Part shown: positions 1 through 9,160 of the stretch, piece after piece | How the letters are laid out: the number at the start of each line of letters is the position of its first letter | Numbering within the stretch: position 1 is the first letter of the stretch | Origin: an uncultured Candidatus Saccharibacteria bacterium | GTDB lineage: Bacteria; Patescibacteriota; Minisyncoccia; UBA6257; 2-01-FULL-56-20 | Direction: 5' to 3' | Assembly (NCBI GenBank): GCA_964365185.1 | Contig: CAYIOP010000005.1 | Location: 1-54,769 of the forward strand | Length of the DNA: 54,769 bases | The notes under the pieces: generated by a model | Databases searched by the model: none | Told to the model about the DNA's origin: nothing | Seen by the model: only the letters and a program-made list of their open reading frames with translations | Program-made: the position numbers and the translations under genes

Positions 1-63
1 TATCAAGCGTTACGCGACAAGTATTAGGTTTTTGCCAGAAGTGAAGAAGTAAGAAATTTTTTA

Positions 64-852
64 ATGAAAATTATAACTTTGAATTGCGCTTTGTCGCCGT
101 GGAGTCCTGGGCGGAAAAAACGATTGCCATATATTACTAAGGCTCTTATCGACGAAAATCCGGATGTTATTTTTCTTCAGGAAGTTTCTTTAAAATCGGA
201 CGCGAATTATATAGTGAGGGAGCTTTTTAAATTTGGCTTTGTTGATTCTTTTTATTCTGATACTTTACTTATAGTTTCAAAATATTCTCTTGTTTCGCGC
301 GCCTATCAGCATTTTAAAATTAATCTTGGACGAAATATTTTTTCCAATATTTATAAAATTTTGAACCGAATTTACGGCAAGGGTTATCAAATTGTGGAGA
401 TAAATTTTGGTAATCAGCCCATAACTTTTGTTAATACTCATTTACTATCTACTGGTTATGGGCATGATTACAATTCGTATCATTTAGCGCGAATTGAACA
501 ATTTGTGGAAATTGATAGTTGTCTTAGAAAATTAGGCAAGACAAAACGAATAATTATTGGCGGAGACTTTAACTTTGATATTAATTCATCTTCTTATAAG
601 GTGATCACCAATAATTATGGATTGGTTGACCCACCGCGAGAATTAAAAGGCAATACGTTTAGCGCCGACAACTTAAACAGAAAATCTTTTTGGTTGGAAA
701 AACTAAACCAACGACTGGACCATATATTAATTAAGGGCTTTGAGGGCCATAAAACGTCTGGCAAGATTGTTTTTAGCGAGCCATATTCTTTAGATAATGG
801 GAATAAACTGCAGATTTCTGACCATTACGGGTTGGTTTTAGATATTGAGTAA
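64..852 (+). CDS. Endonuclease/exonuclease/phosphatase (EEP) family protein
   Basis: Motifs ITLN, DVIFLQEV, VNTHL, GGDFN, RLDHIL, SDHYGL. Confidence 0.9.
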   Translation: MKIITLNCALSPWSPGRKKRLPYITKALIDENPDVIFLQEVSLKSDANYIVRELFKFGFVDSFYSDTLLIVSKYSLVSRAYQHFKINLGRNIFSNIYKILNRIYGKGYQIVEINFGNQPITFVNTHLLSTGYGHDYNSYHLARIEQFVEIDSCLRKLGKTKRIIIGGDFNFDINSSSYKVITNNYGLVDPPRELKGNTFSADNLNRKSFWLEKLNQRLDHILIKGFEGHKTSGKIVFSEPYSLDNGNKLQISDHYGLVLDIE

Positions 853-870
853 GGGTATAATTTAAAAATA

Positions 871-1212
871 ATGGTTTTGATTTATCTGGGGCAGCGTCTT
901 TGGGTTTTGGTGAGCAACTTTTTTTATCATTGGTATGTTCATGGCTCTCGCAACATTGGGCATTATTTTATTTCTTTTTTAGAAAGAGTTGACCAAAGTT
1001 TGGCGATTCGCATCACTTTGCGGCATTTTTTTGAGCCGCTTTATAAGGACTACACAGTAATTGGAAGAATTTTGGGAGTATTTTTTAGGTCTGGCCGGAT
1101 TTTAATTGGCACCGTGGTTTATGTTTTTTTAGGGGTGTTGGCTTTAGGTATATTTTTGGCTTGGCTTATCTTGCCGGTATTGCTGATTTTTCAAACGATT
1201 AAAAATTTTTAG
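871..1212 (+). CDS. Small membrane protein translationally coupled to the Clp ATPase
   Basis: Hydrophobic C-terminal half; its TAG directly abuts the next ATG; TATAAT at 856-861. Confidence 0.8.
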   Translation: MVLIYLGQRLWVLVSNFFYHWYVHGSRNIGHYFISFLERVDQSLAIRITLRHFFEPLYKDYTVIGRILGVFFRSGRILIGTVVYVFLGVLALGIFLAWLILPVLLIFQTIKNF

Positions 1213-3732
1213 ATGAAGAATTCTTTAGAACTACAACTCGAAGTTTACTTTGCTGATTTTCGGCTTAAGATGAGTTTTTTGGGCCGAGGAATAGCGAGGG
1301 TGGTGGGCTATGTTTTTTATTTGTTTCTTATAGCCGCCACTTTAACTTTTTTGTTTTCTGGAATTAATTGGCTTTTATATCTCGGTTTTTTTCTAGCTAT
1401 ATTTTTAATTGATTATCTAATTCATTTTAGACAAGGCGATCGGGCGCTTTCGGAATTACCCAAAAGCGGAAAAGTTAATCTGGCTAAATTTATGACGCCG
1501 GCCACTTTTCATGTTTTAGAGAAAGCTTTGGACCGGAGCGTTTTTAAAAAAACCGACTTTTTTTTGGAAATTATTAAGCAGCTTATCAAGATCAAAACTA
1601 TCAAAGAAGGTTTAGTGAGGATGGATATCAAAATGAATGAGTTTGAACAAAAAGCGGATGGCTTTTTAGTCGAGAGTATTCAGAAAGAACAAAATAAGTC
1701 TTTGGCGCAGGAGCAGCTTCAGATTTTAATAAAGTTGGCTTTTGGTAAGGCCTTGTCTAGTCGGCAAAGGTTTATTCAACCTCATCATCTTCTTTCGGCT
1801 TTAGCGGTAGTGAGCGATGAATGGGTGGGGCGACTTTTTAATTTATTTGAGGTTCAGGGCGGAGATTTGGAGAAGGCGTTGATTTTTAGCTCGTTTAGCG
1901 AACATCTGTCTAAATTTAGAAGTTGGCCATCGACATTGTCGGGTTTTGTGCCTGGAGTGCATAGACGGATCCGTCATCGCATCATGAATCGGGCTTGGAC
2001 TAGCCGGCCAACCAGGGTTTTGGATAGATATAGCTTGGACTTAACAGATTTAGCTCGTCAGGGCGAGACCGGGTTTTTAATTGGTCACAAGGCGGAATAT
2101 GAGCGCCTAGTGGATGCGCTTTCAAGATCAGTTAATCCCAATGCGCTTTTAGTGGGAGAAGAAGGTATTGGCAAAGAAACGTTAATCGCTCATTTGGCTT
2201 TTAATATTTCCAAAGATCAGGTGCCAGCCGCGCTTTTTGATAAACGGTTAGTGAGTTTTCAGATTAGTGATTTAGTGGCAGGAGCGACCCCAGAGATAGT
2301 TCAAGATCGATTGCAGCAAATTGTCTCGGAGATTATTACAGCTGGTAACGTTATTCTTTACTTGCCCGAGTTTCATGATTTGGTAAAAACCTCGGGCACA
2401 GCTTATCTTTCAGCCGCGGATGCTTTAGTTCCGATTATAAAAAACAGCGCTTTTCCGGTGATTGGAGCCACTTACCCACCAGAATTTAAAAGAGATATTG
2501 AGTCTCGGAGTGATTTAGTTGGTTCTTTTGAGGTGATTCGGGTGAATGAAATTACTCAAGATGAAGCCGAGGAAGTTTTGGTTTATGAGAGTTTGCTTTT
2601 AGAGCGGTCGGCGAAAGTGGTAATTAGTTTTGGGGCGATTAAAAAATCGGTCTATTTGGCTAAAAAATATTTTACGAATCGGTTTTTGCCTTCAAGCGCC
2701 GGCGATCTTTTGCGAAGCGCTTTGGCGGGAGTCAAACAAAAAGAAAAAAAAGTTTTAGAAGCCAGAGATGTGATTGCTGCGGCTGAGGCCAAAGTGAATG
2801 TGCCGATGCACGAGGCCGGGGAAGAGGAGTCCAAAAAACTTTTGAATTTAGAGAAAATTATTCACGAGAAATTGATTGACCAGGAAGAGGCAGTGAAAGC
2901 CGTGGCTAATGTTTTGCGGGAGTATCGGAGTGGACTCGCTCGTTCGGGCGGCCCGATTGCAAGTTTTCTTTTTGTGGGTCCGACTGGGGTGGGGAAAACA
3001 GAGCTAGCTAAAATTTTGGCCGAGGTGCAGTTTGGGGCGCGGGAGGCGATGATTCGTTTTGACATGACTGAGTATCAAGATAAGCAGAGTTTTTTCCGGT
3101 TTATTGGTTCGCCGGACGGGAAAATTTCCGGGTCGCTTACGGACGCGGTTTTGGAGAAGCCCTATAGTTTAATTTTGCTCGACGAATTTGAGAAGGCGTT
3201 CACTGATATTTGGGATTTGTTTCTGCAGGTTTTTGATGATGGGCGGCTGACCGACAATATGGGTCGGGTGGTGGATTTTTCCAACACAATTATTATCGCC
3301 ACCTCAAATGCGCATTCGGACATTATTAATCAATCGCTTCGGGCGGGCGAGACGATGGCGAAGATCGCCGAGTATTTTAAAAAGAAATTAATCGATGTTT
3401 TTAAACCCGAGCTTTTGAATCGGTTTACCAAGATTGTGGTTTTTAATAACCTATCGTCCGAAGATATTTTGAAAGTGACCATGATTCGACTGCGAGATTT
3501 TGCAAAAATCGTAGAAGGACAAGGAATTTTTTTGGAGTTTGAGGAAGAGGCGGCGCGGCAGATTGCGCGATTGGGTTTTGACCCAGAGTTTGGCGCGCGG
3601 CCGCTTGAGAGGGTAATAGCGGAGAAATTACGCGCGCCTTTGGCTGAGAAAATTTTGAAAGGTGAGGCCAAGCGGGGGGCGCGGCTCAAGGTGATAAAGA
3701 GGGGAGAGGATTTAGAATTTGGGAATTCTTAA
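1213..3732 (+). CDS. Membrane-anchored ClpA/B/C-family AAA+ ATPase
   Basis: Two N-terminal TM helices; degenerate NBD1 (GEEGIGKE, LYLPEFH); intact NBD2 (GPTGVGKT, LLDEFEKA, DDGRLTD, PELLNRF, FGARPL). Confidence 0.9.
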   Translation: MKNSLELQLEVYFADFRLKMSFLGRGIARVVGYVFYLFLIAATLTFLFSGINWLLYLGFFLAIFLIDYLIHFRQGDRALSELPKSGKVNLAKFMTPATFHVLEKALDRSVFKKTDFFLEIIKQLIKIKTIKEGLVRMDIKMNEFEQKADGFLVESIQKEQNKSLAQEQLQILIKLAFGKALSSRQRFIQPHHLLSALAVVSDEWVGRLFNLFEVQGGDLEKALIFSSFSEHLSKFRSWPSTLSGFVPGVHRRIRHRIMNRAWTSRPTRVLDRYSLDLTDLARQGETGFLIGHKAEYERLVDALSRSVNPNALLVGEEGIGKETLIAHLAFNISKDQVPAALFDKRLVSFQISDLVAGATPEIVQDRLQQIVSEIITAGNVILYLPEFHDLVKTSGTAYLSAADALVPIIKNSAFPVIGATYPPEFKRDIESRSDLVGSFEVIRVNEITQDEAEEVLVYESLLLERSAKVVISFGAIKKSVYLAKKYFTNRFLPSSAGDLLRSALAGVKQKEKKVLEARDVIAAAEAKVNVPMHEAGEEESKKLLNLEKIIHEKLIDQEEAVKAVANVLREYRSGLARSGGPIASFLFVGPTGVGKTELAKILAEVQFGAREAMIRFDMTEYQDKQSFFRFIGSPDGKISGSLTDAVLEKPYSLILLDEFEKAFTDIWDLFLQVFDDGRLTDNMGRVVDFSNTIIIATSNAHSDIINQSLRAGETMAKIAEYFKKKLIDVFKPELLNRFTKIVVFNNLSSEDILKVTMIRLRDFAKIVEGQGIFLEFEEEAARQIARLGFDPEFGARPLERVIAEKLRAPLAEKILKGEAKRGARLKVIKRGEDLEFGNS

Positions 3733-3796
3733 GTTGTAATTGTTCTAATTATTATAGGTGTTCTAAATATTGGATGACAGGGTAAAGTTAAAAAAT

Positions 3797-3821
3797 AAAG
3801 CCGCTCTTTGGAGAGCGGTTT
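3797..3821. terminator. Hairpin between convergent genes, probable bidirectional terminator
   Basis: AAAGCCGCTCT-TTG-GAGAGCGGTTT. Confidence 0.55.
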
Positions 3822-3845
3822 CGTACCCTTGAAGAGGGGTTGGCG

Positions 3846-4605
3846 TTAGAATTTTTCAGGATGTTTTTCTAAATAACTTTGTTCTTCCGGATCGAGCTCT
3901 AATTCCATATTATTTTTAAGTTTTATTAAAGATCGGTAGGCTTCTAATTGAATATGTTCATTAGCGTATTGTCGGTTTATTTCTGAATTTTCTAATCCGT
4001 CTTTTAATCGTGGTATTATAAATTTTTCATCAACGAGTTTTTTAGTTTCGGGTTTTAATTCTTTTTCTGGATCTTGAGCTATTTTTTTGAGGAGTTCCAG
4101 AGATGATTCGTTTGGTATTTTACCAAGTATATTGATTGCGTCTCTTGAATTTTCTAAGAATTCTGCTCCTTTTGTAAGAGAGATAAAGAAGTCGGCTAAA
4201 TTTTCGAGAGCTTTTTTTCGTTGGAGTTCTTTTTCTTCATCTTTATTTTTAAGTTCGTAAATTTCCAAGGAAGATAGTTCTTCTTCTTGAACAGGAAGAA
4301 ATGATCTGGTAAAAGCTTCGATTTTTCCGACGATAATATTTTTTACCTGTACGGATATTTCCTGAGCTTTGGTTTGCGGCTTGGGTGGGTTGTTCATCAA
4401 AAATTTTTCTTAGTTCTATTGATAACATTGTCGTTATTTTTCCAGGCGGAAGTTTCCCCTCAAAAACCTCGCCTAATTTTGAGGCCATAAGTTCAGCATC
4501 TTCTATTCTCGGGTCCTTTTTTTCTCCTTCCAAAATTTTTTCGATATCAGTAGGGCCTACGGATTCTTCTTCGTTTGAGTTATGTGGCTGTTCGAATTTA
4601 TTCAT
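3846..4605 (-). pseudogene. Hypothetical gene split by a +1 frameshift (ORFs 4249-4605 and 3846-4400)
   Basis: Two overlapping same-strand E/K-rich ORFs switch frame near an A5T5 run at ~4397-4408; TATAAT upstream of 4605. Confidence 0.55.
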
Positions 4606-4646
4606 ATTACAGTTGGATTATAGCAAAATTTATTCTTTTGTAAATA

Positions 4647-4671
4647 AAACCACTCCTAAGGAGTGGTTTTT
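4647..4671. terminator. Intrinsic terminator for the 4713-5120 gene
   Basis: AAAACCACTCC-TAA-GGAGTGGTTTT. Confidence 0.6.
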
Positions 4672-4712
4672 GATTGCTGGTAATAGAAAAAAGGGGTTTC
4701 CTCGGACTTGGG

Positions 4713-5120
4713 CTATGGCTCGAGAAAGGCCTGGATTATTTGGGCGTACGTCCTGTTTTTCCAGGTGGCGAATTTGATGAGGAAATATCCTTTCTTGCGG
4801 ATACTTACCCATTCTTGATAATTCATGGATGCTATCTGTCCAACATAGACAGTGTCCAGTGTTGTTAGGGTTACGAAGGTAGCGTTGGTGGAATCAAGTT
4901 GGTGTAAGATGTAAGTAGCTTTTTCTTTAGATACAAAAGACCTGGCTTCGTGTATGACTACGATCGTGTCTTTTTCTACTATGATAACCACATCTGTTTT
5001 CGATGAATCGACTTCAGCTAGGGCGAGTTGCCCGTAAACCATCTTGTATTGTGGTTTACTAGCAAAACTTTGATTGACTAGAAGAGATACTAGTAAGATA
5101 CCGAAAAACAACTTCCTCAT
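4713..5120 (-). CDS. Hypothetical secreted protein
   Basis: Signal peptide MRKLFFGILLVSLLVNQSFA; purine-rich RBS; terminator downstream. Confidence 0.65.
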   Translation of the reverse strand: MRKLFFGILLVSLLVNQSFASKPQYKMVYGQLALAEVDSSKTDVVIIVEKDTIVVIHEARSFVSKEKATYILHQLDSTNATFVTLTTLDTVYVGQIASMNYQEWVSIRKKGYFLIKFATWKNRTYAQIIQAFLEP

Positions 5121-5213
5121 TTCTTATTCCCTTCTTTGTTAAAGTGCTGTTTCTATTTATTCCCATTATATTTATATTTTTTTATTTTGTCAATAGAGAG
5201 TAGAATTAGATAA

Positions 5214-5870
5214 ATGCATATCAATATCAAGATTGATTTTAAGGTTAATCGGGTGATTAAGTATTTTGTGCTGGCGGATTTGGCATTACTGGCTGGTTGG
5301 GGATTGGTGCAGCCGGTTTTTTCGGTTTTTGTGATTCAGAAAGTGGCTGGGGCGACCTTGGTTACAGTGGGTGTGGCGGCGGCGATTTACTGGATTTTGA
5401 AATCAATTTTGCAGATGCCGGTGGCGAATTACTTGGACAAAACCGACGGCGAAACCGATGATTTTAGAACGCTTATAGCGAGCTTATTTATGGCGGCGGT
5501 GGCGTCGTTTTTGTATTTGGCGGTGAGTAAACCGTGGCACCTATATTTGGTGGAGGTAGTGCACGCCATTGCTTTCGCGCTTTATGTGCCAGCGTGGTCG
5601 GCGATTTTTTCGCGGCACATTGATAAAGACCGTGTTTCTTTTGAGTGGTCGTTTGATAATACCGTGGCTGGGCTCTCGGCCGGAGTCAGCGGATTTTTGG
5701 GAGGCGTGGTGGCGGGGTGGCTGGGGTTTTCCGGCGTTTTTATTTTGGCCGGGGTCTTTTCAATGGTGGCGGCTTTTATTTTACTTTTGGCTCCGGAGTT
5801 GATTTTACCGCGGAAAACGTCGGCTACACCGCTGGTGAAAGACCACACGCCCGCTGGTTTGGGGCGCTAA
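5214..5870 (+). CDS. Half-size (about 6 TM) MFS transporter
   Basis: About six hydrophobic helices; MFS-like PVANYLDK loop; only 218 aa. Confidence 0.8.
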   Translation: MHINIKIDFKVNRVIKYFVLADLALLAGWGLVQPVFSVFVIQKVAGATLVTVGVAAAIYWILKSILQMPVANYLDKTDGETDDFRTLIASLFMAAVASFLYLAVSKPWHLYLVEVVHAIAFALYVPAWSAIFSRHIDKDRVSFEWSFDNTVAGLSAGVSGFLGGVVAGWLGFSGVFILAGVFSMVAAFILLLAPELILPRKTSATPLVKDHTPAGLGR

Positions 5871-5874
5871 GGAT

Positions 5875-6384
5875 ATGGAAAAAGATATTTCAAGAGAAAT
5901 TTCAGCGGGCATAGTGGTTTTTACGAAAAGCTTGGAGGGGCCGAAATTTTTAATTCTTTATCATGGGCATGGTTATTGGAATTTTGCCAAAGGAAAAATT
6001 GAAAGCGAGGAGAAAAGTTTTGACGCGGCGATTCGAGAGACGCGCGAGGAGACGGGGCTGACTCCGCGCGATATGCGGATTATCAGAAATTTTAAGGCCT
6101 ATGAAAGATTTACCTTTAAACGGGCTGGGAAATCAATTTTTAAAACTGTGATTTTTTATTTAGCGGAAACCAATCGGGTGAACATCCGGCTTTCGGATGA
6201 GCATCAGGGTTACGCTTGGTTTTTATACCGAGATGCGAGTAGAATATTAGGCAAATACAGAGACAGTCAAAAAGTTTTACGCAATGTCTATCAATTCCTT
6301 CAAGGAAAAAGTGTTGGCAGTGGTGGCCAAAATCCCCAGCGGCCGCGTTTTAACATACCAAGAAGTGGCGAGGCGCGCCGGTAG
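5875..6384 (+). CDS. NUDIX hydrolase (Ap4A hydrolase-like)
   Basis: NUDIX box KGKIESEEKSFDAAIRETREETGL; LSDEHQGYAW. Confidence 0.9.
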   Translation: MEKDISREISAGIVVFTKSLEGPKFLILYHGHGYWNFAKGKIESEEKSFDAAIRETREETGLTPRDMRIIRNFKAYERFTFKRAGKSIFKTVIFYLAETNRVNIRLSDEHQGYAWFLYRDASRILGKYRDSQKVLRNVYQFLQGKSVGSGGQNPQRPRFNIPRSGEARR

Positions 6385-6556
6385 ACCTCTCGCCTATCGA
6401 GCAGTGGGGAATATTTTAAACCGGCACGGCGGAATGGAAAAAGGCATTCCTTGCCACCGAGTAATTCGTTCGGATGGTCAGGCTGGAGGGTATGCGCACG
6501 GGACGAAGAAAAAAATTCAAATACTTAGGAAAGAGGGAGCCAAGATTAGCCATTAG
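6284..6556 (+). CDS. MGMT/Ogt-family alkyltransferase DNA-binding protein
   Basis: IPSGRVLTYQEVA, RAVGNIL, IPCHRVIRSDG; overlaps the NUDIX tail by 101 nt. Confidence 0.9.
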   Translation: MSINSFKEKVLAVVAKIPSGRVLTYQEVARRAGRPLAYRAVGNILNRHGGMEKGIPCHRVIRSDGQAGGYAHGTKKKIQILRKEGAKISH

Positions 6557-6662
6557 CCAATAAGGTCTAGGGTTTGCGAAAATTTCTAATTATTCTAAAG
6601 AAGTTTAAAATATTCGAATACTCAAACATGAAATTCGAAACAAATTAGAATATCGAAAATCT

Positions 6663-6826
6663 AAAAAAATAGGGCTTCAGATTTTGCTCTGAAGCCCAGT
6701 GACAATGCAGAACGCATGTCACGGCGTCATCCGTAACCGTGCCCATTCGAAACTGAACGTCCAATGGGTGAACCGGACGGCGATGGCGCGCTCGCTCGTG
6801 CGTAGGTTTGAAGCACACACGTAACT
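6663..6826 (-). ncRNA. Candidate orphan GC-rich structured RNA (or leader-peptide relic)
   Basis: TTGACA (6852-6857) and TGnTATAAT (6832-6840) upstream; stacked hairpins; terminator GGGCTTCAGA/TCTGAAGCCC followed by T7. Confidence 0.5.
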
Positions 6827-6931
6827 TAGATATTATATCAAAATTTAAAGCTGTCAACTGGTTTACGTGGATACCTTCTCCACGATTTTGGCAAAGACCT
6901 CGGGGTGGTTTTGGATGATTTTTGTCTGAAT

Positions 6932-7606
6932 TTATTGATTTTGCGAGTGGTTATTATTTATACGATTTAACATTTTATTAATTAAATCAGTAAAAAAGGT
7001 TTGGTTTTCTAGATTGTTATTTTTTAGATTATTTTGGAGAGTTGTATAGTTAAGCATTATTGTTAATGTTTTCATTTGAATCGCGAATATATAGTCGAAT
7101 TGAGTAATGGTAGGGGTTAATTTTTTTTCACTTAGATAAATATCGGTGCCAGCTATATAATTTTCCAATGGGATTTTTGAAATGATGCGATTCTTGTTTG
7201 ATGATTGAATGATATCTGATATGGTTTGTTGGTTGACGATTTTAGCGTTGTTTTCATCAGAATATCTACGGGCAATTAACATTATTGAATTTGTATTCGA
7301 TTGATTTTTGAAGGCTTGACTAAATTGATCAATGAAAGGATGTTCTTTAGAATAATCCGTTAATTCTGAAGTTAAGTAAGTATCATATTTGTTATAAATT
7401 TCAACGAAAGAATTTGATATTTCACTGTTTTGCACAGCAATGAAAGCCAATGGGTTTTCTTGGTTTGTGTTGGCTGTGGTGTTTTCTGAAGTTATTGATT
7501 TTTTTTCAATATCTTTGTTTGAATTTTTTTGAAAACTGATATAGATAACTAGTATTCCGAGTAGAGAAAGTAAAAGAATTAATGATACTTTTATTATTTT
7601 AGTCAT
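6932..7606 (-). CDS. Hypothetical membrane-anchored protein
   Basis: N-terminal TM helix; N/Q/S-rich; very AT-rich. Confidence 0.7.
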   Translation of the reverse strand: MTKIIKVSLILLLSLLGILVIYISFQKNSNKDIEKKSITSENTTANTNQENPLAFIAVQNSEISNSFVEIYNKYDTYLTSELTDYSKEHPFIDQFSQAFKNQSNTNSIMLIARRYSDENNAKIVNQQTISDIIQSSNKNRIISKIPLENYIAGTDIYLSEKKLTPTITQFDYIFAIQMKTLTIMLNYTTLQNNLKNNNLENQTFFTDLINKMLNRINNNHSQNQ

Positions 7607-7637
7607 AATATTAAAGAGTAAAATGATTTTTGTTAGT

Positions 7638-7985
7638 TTAGTTTTTTACTTTCTCTACAATTTTGGTAAAGACCTCTGGATGGTTTTGGGCCAGGTCAGA
7701 GAGGATTTTGCGGTCGAGTTTGATGTTGGCTTTTTTTAGGGCCGAGACGAATTTGCTATAAGAGAAGCCAAGGGGGCGGACGGCGGCGTTGATGCGCACC
7801 TGCCAGAGAGATCGAAAGGTTCGCTTTTTTTCTTTGCGGCCACGGAAAGAGCGAGAGAGAGCGTGAAGTAGAGCTTCTTTGGCGGCGCGTTCTTTAGATT
7901 TGCGACCCCAACGAAACCCCTTGGTGAGTTTTAAAAGTTTTTCTCTTTTTTTGTGGGCGGTGGTACCGCGTTTGACGCGAGGCAT
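7638..7985 (-). CDS. rplT: 50S ribosomal protein L20
   Basis: MPRVKRG, RKEKKRTFRSLWQVRINAA, LDRKILSDLA. Confidence 0.98.
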   Translation of the reverse strand: MPRVKRGTTAHKKREKLLKLTKGFRWGRKSKERAAKEALLHALSRSFRGRKEKKRTFRSLWQVRINAAVRPLGFSYSKFVSALKKANIKLDRKILSDLAQNHPEVFTKIVEKVKN

Positions 7986-8074
7986 AATTTAATAAATTTT
8001 CAGTTGCCAATTAACAATTTTCAATTTGATGATTCAGATATTGAAATTTGATTGATAATTGGATTTTTTGTTTG

Positions 8075-8257
8075 TTAGTAGTTGAATATTTTTTTGGCAG
8101 GGTAGTTTAAAGAATAGCTTTTGCGTTTATTGCGAAGCTGTTTGGAGCTGCGTTTGGTTTTAGAATGACTGACTCCGATTTGGCGATGGGTCATCTTTCC
8201 AGTGCGGGTCATTTTAATGCGTTTACTCACCGCTTTTGAGGTTTTGGTCTTACTCAT
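8075..8257 (-). CDS. rpmI: 50S ribosomal protein L35
   Basis: KTSKAVSKRIKMTRTGK; lies between infC and rplT. Confidence 0.93.
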   Translation of the reverse strand: MSKTKTSKAVSKRIKMTRTGKMTHRQIGVSHSKTKRSSKQLRNKRKSYSLNYPAKKIFNY

Positions 8258-8298
8258 GTCAAACTAATATACTCTTTCGAGAATATTTTTGCAAGATT

Positions 8299-8802
8299 TT
8301 ACTTAGGCGCGATTTGGACTAACATGCCTCGGCCGCCGTATTTAGGCGGACTAATAACTTTAAATTCCAAAGGAATCATTTTCAAAAAATCATTTATTTT
8401 TTGATTGGACCAGTCCTTATTGTATTTTTCCCGGCCTCTTAGTCGCATGCTGATTTCGATTTGGTGGCCTTCTTTCATGAATTTTTCGAGTTGGCGGATT
8501 TTGATTAAAAGATCGTTTTTAGCGGCGCGGGCGCTGATTTGAATTTGTTTTGAGCCGGCGGTTTTTTGAGCGAGACGTTCTTTTTTTTCCTCTTTTCCTC
8601 GTTGGTAGCGGTATTTGTCAAAACTCATAATTTGAGCAACCGGCGGATTGGCATTGGGGACGGTTTCGATTAAGTCCAGCCCTTTTTCGAGTGAGAGGCG
8701 AAGAGCGTCGCCAGTGCTCATAACACCAAGGTTTTGGCCTTGGTCATCAAGAACTCTTAATTGGGGCGCGGTTATTTGGTTGTTTAAGCGAGGTCTAAGG
8801 AT
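8299..8802 (-). CDS. infC: Translation initiation factor IF-3, probable AUC start
   Basis: The open frame extends upstream of the 8721 ATG as ILRPRLNNQITAPQLRVLDDQGQNLGVM, the IF3 N-domain; ATC at 8802-8800; GLDL..PPVA, RLRGRE. Confidence 0.93.
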   Translation of the reverse strand: MLRPRLNNQITAPQLRVLDDQGQNLGVMSTGDALRLSLEKGLDLIETVPNANPPVAQIMSFDKYRYQRGKEEKKERLAQKTAGSKQIQISARAAKNDLLIKIRQLEKFMKEGHQIEISMRLRGREKYNKDWSNQKINDFLKMIPLEFKVISPPKYGGRGMLVQIAPK

Positions 8803-8860
8803 TTTATTGGAATTTAATTGGGGTTTCCGAAAACAAAATTTTTAAATCGTTGATAAGAGT

Positions 8861-8890
8861 ATTCTATGATTTTATGGTTTCGGATGTCAA
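8861..8890 (-). promoter_or_regulatory. Sigma70 promoter of the infC-rpmI-rplT operon
   Basis: TTGACA-18 nt-TAGAAT. Confidence 0.6.
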
Positions 8891-8893
8891 GGA

Positions 8894-9042
8894 CGCGCTC
8901 GTTTTTATTTTAAGAGAACCGGGGTTATTTAATTTCCAGCAAATTAAATCCCCCTACATCTCCTTCGCCGAACCCTCGCCAAGGCGAGGGGCCAAGCTTC
9001 GGCTTCAGTCCGATAGTTTCTCTTAAAATAAAAACGAGCGCG
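8894..9042. repeat. Structured intergenic element, copy 1 (TCCAGC-loop family)
   Basis: 25-bp perfect terminal inverted repeat; GAACC, TCCAGC loop (8935-8940), GCCAAGC, CCGATAGTTTC. Confidence 0.75.
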
Positions 9043-9160
9043 CTGGCGAGGGTGATAAAATCAAACAAGGTTGTTTCCTTGAAGCAATTTGGAAATATTG
9101 AATAAATATTTAATTATAATTGAGATATCGATGATTTTTGGAATGGGGTATAATAAAGGT

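Noticed and set aside
6284-6384. Programmed frameshift fusing NUDIX and MGMT
   Set aside because: MGMT has its own ATG, and the NUDIX tail looks like simple run-on overlap
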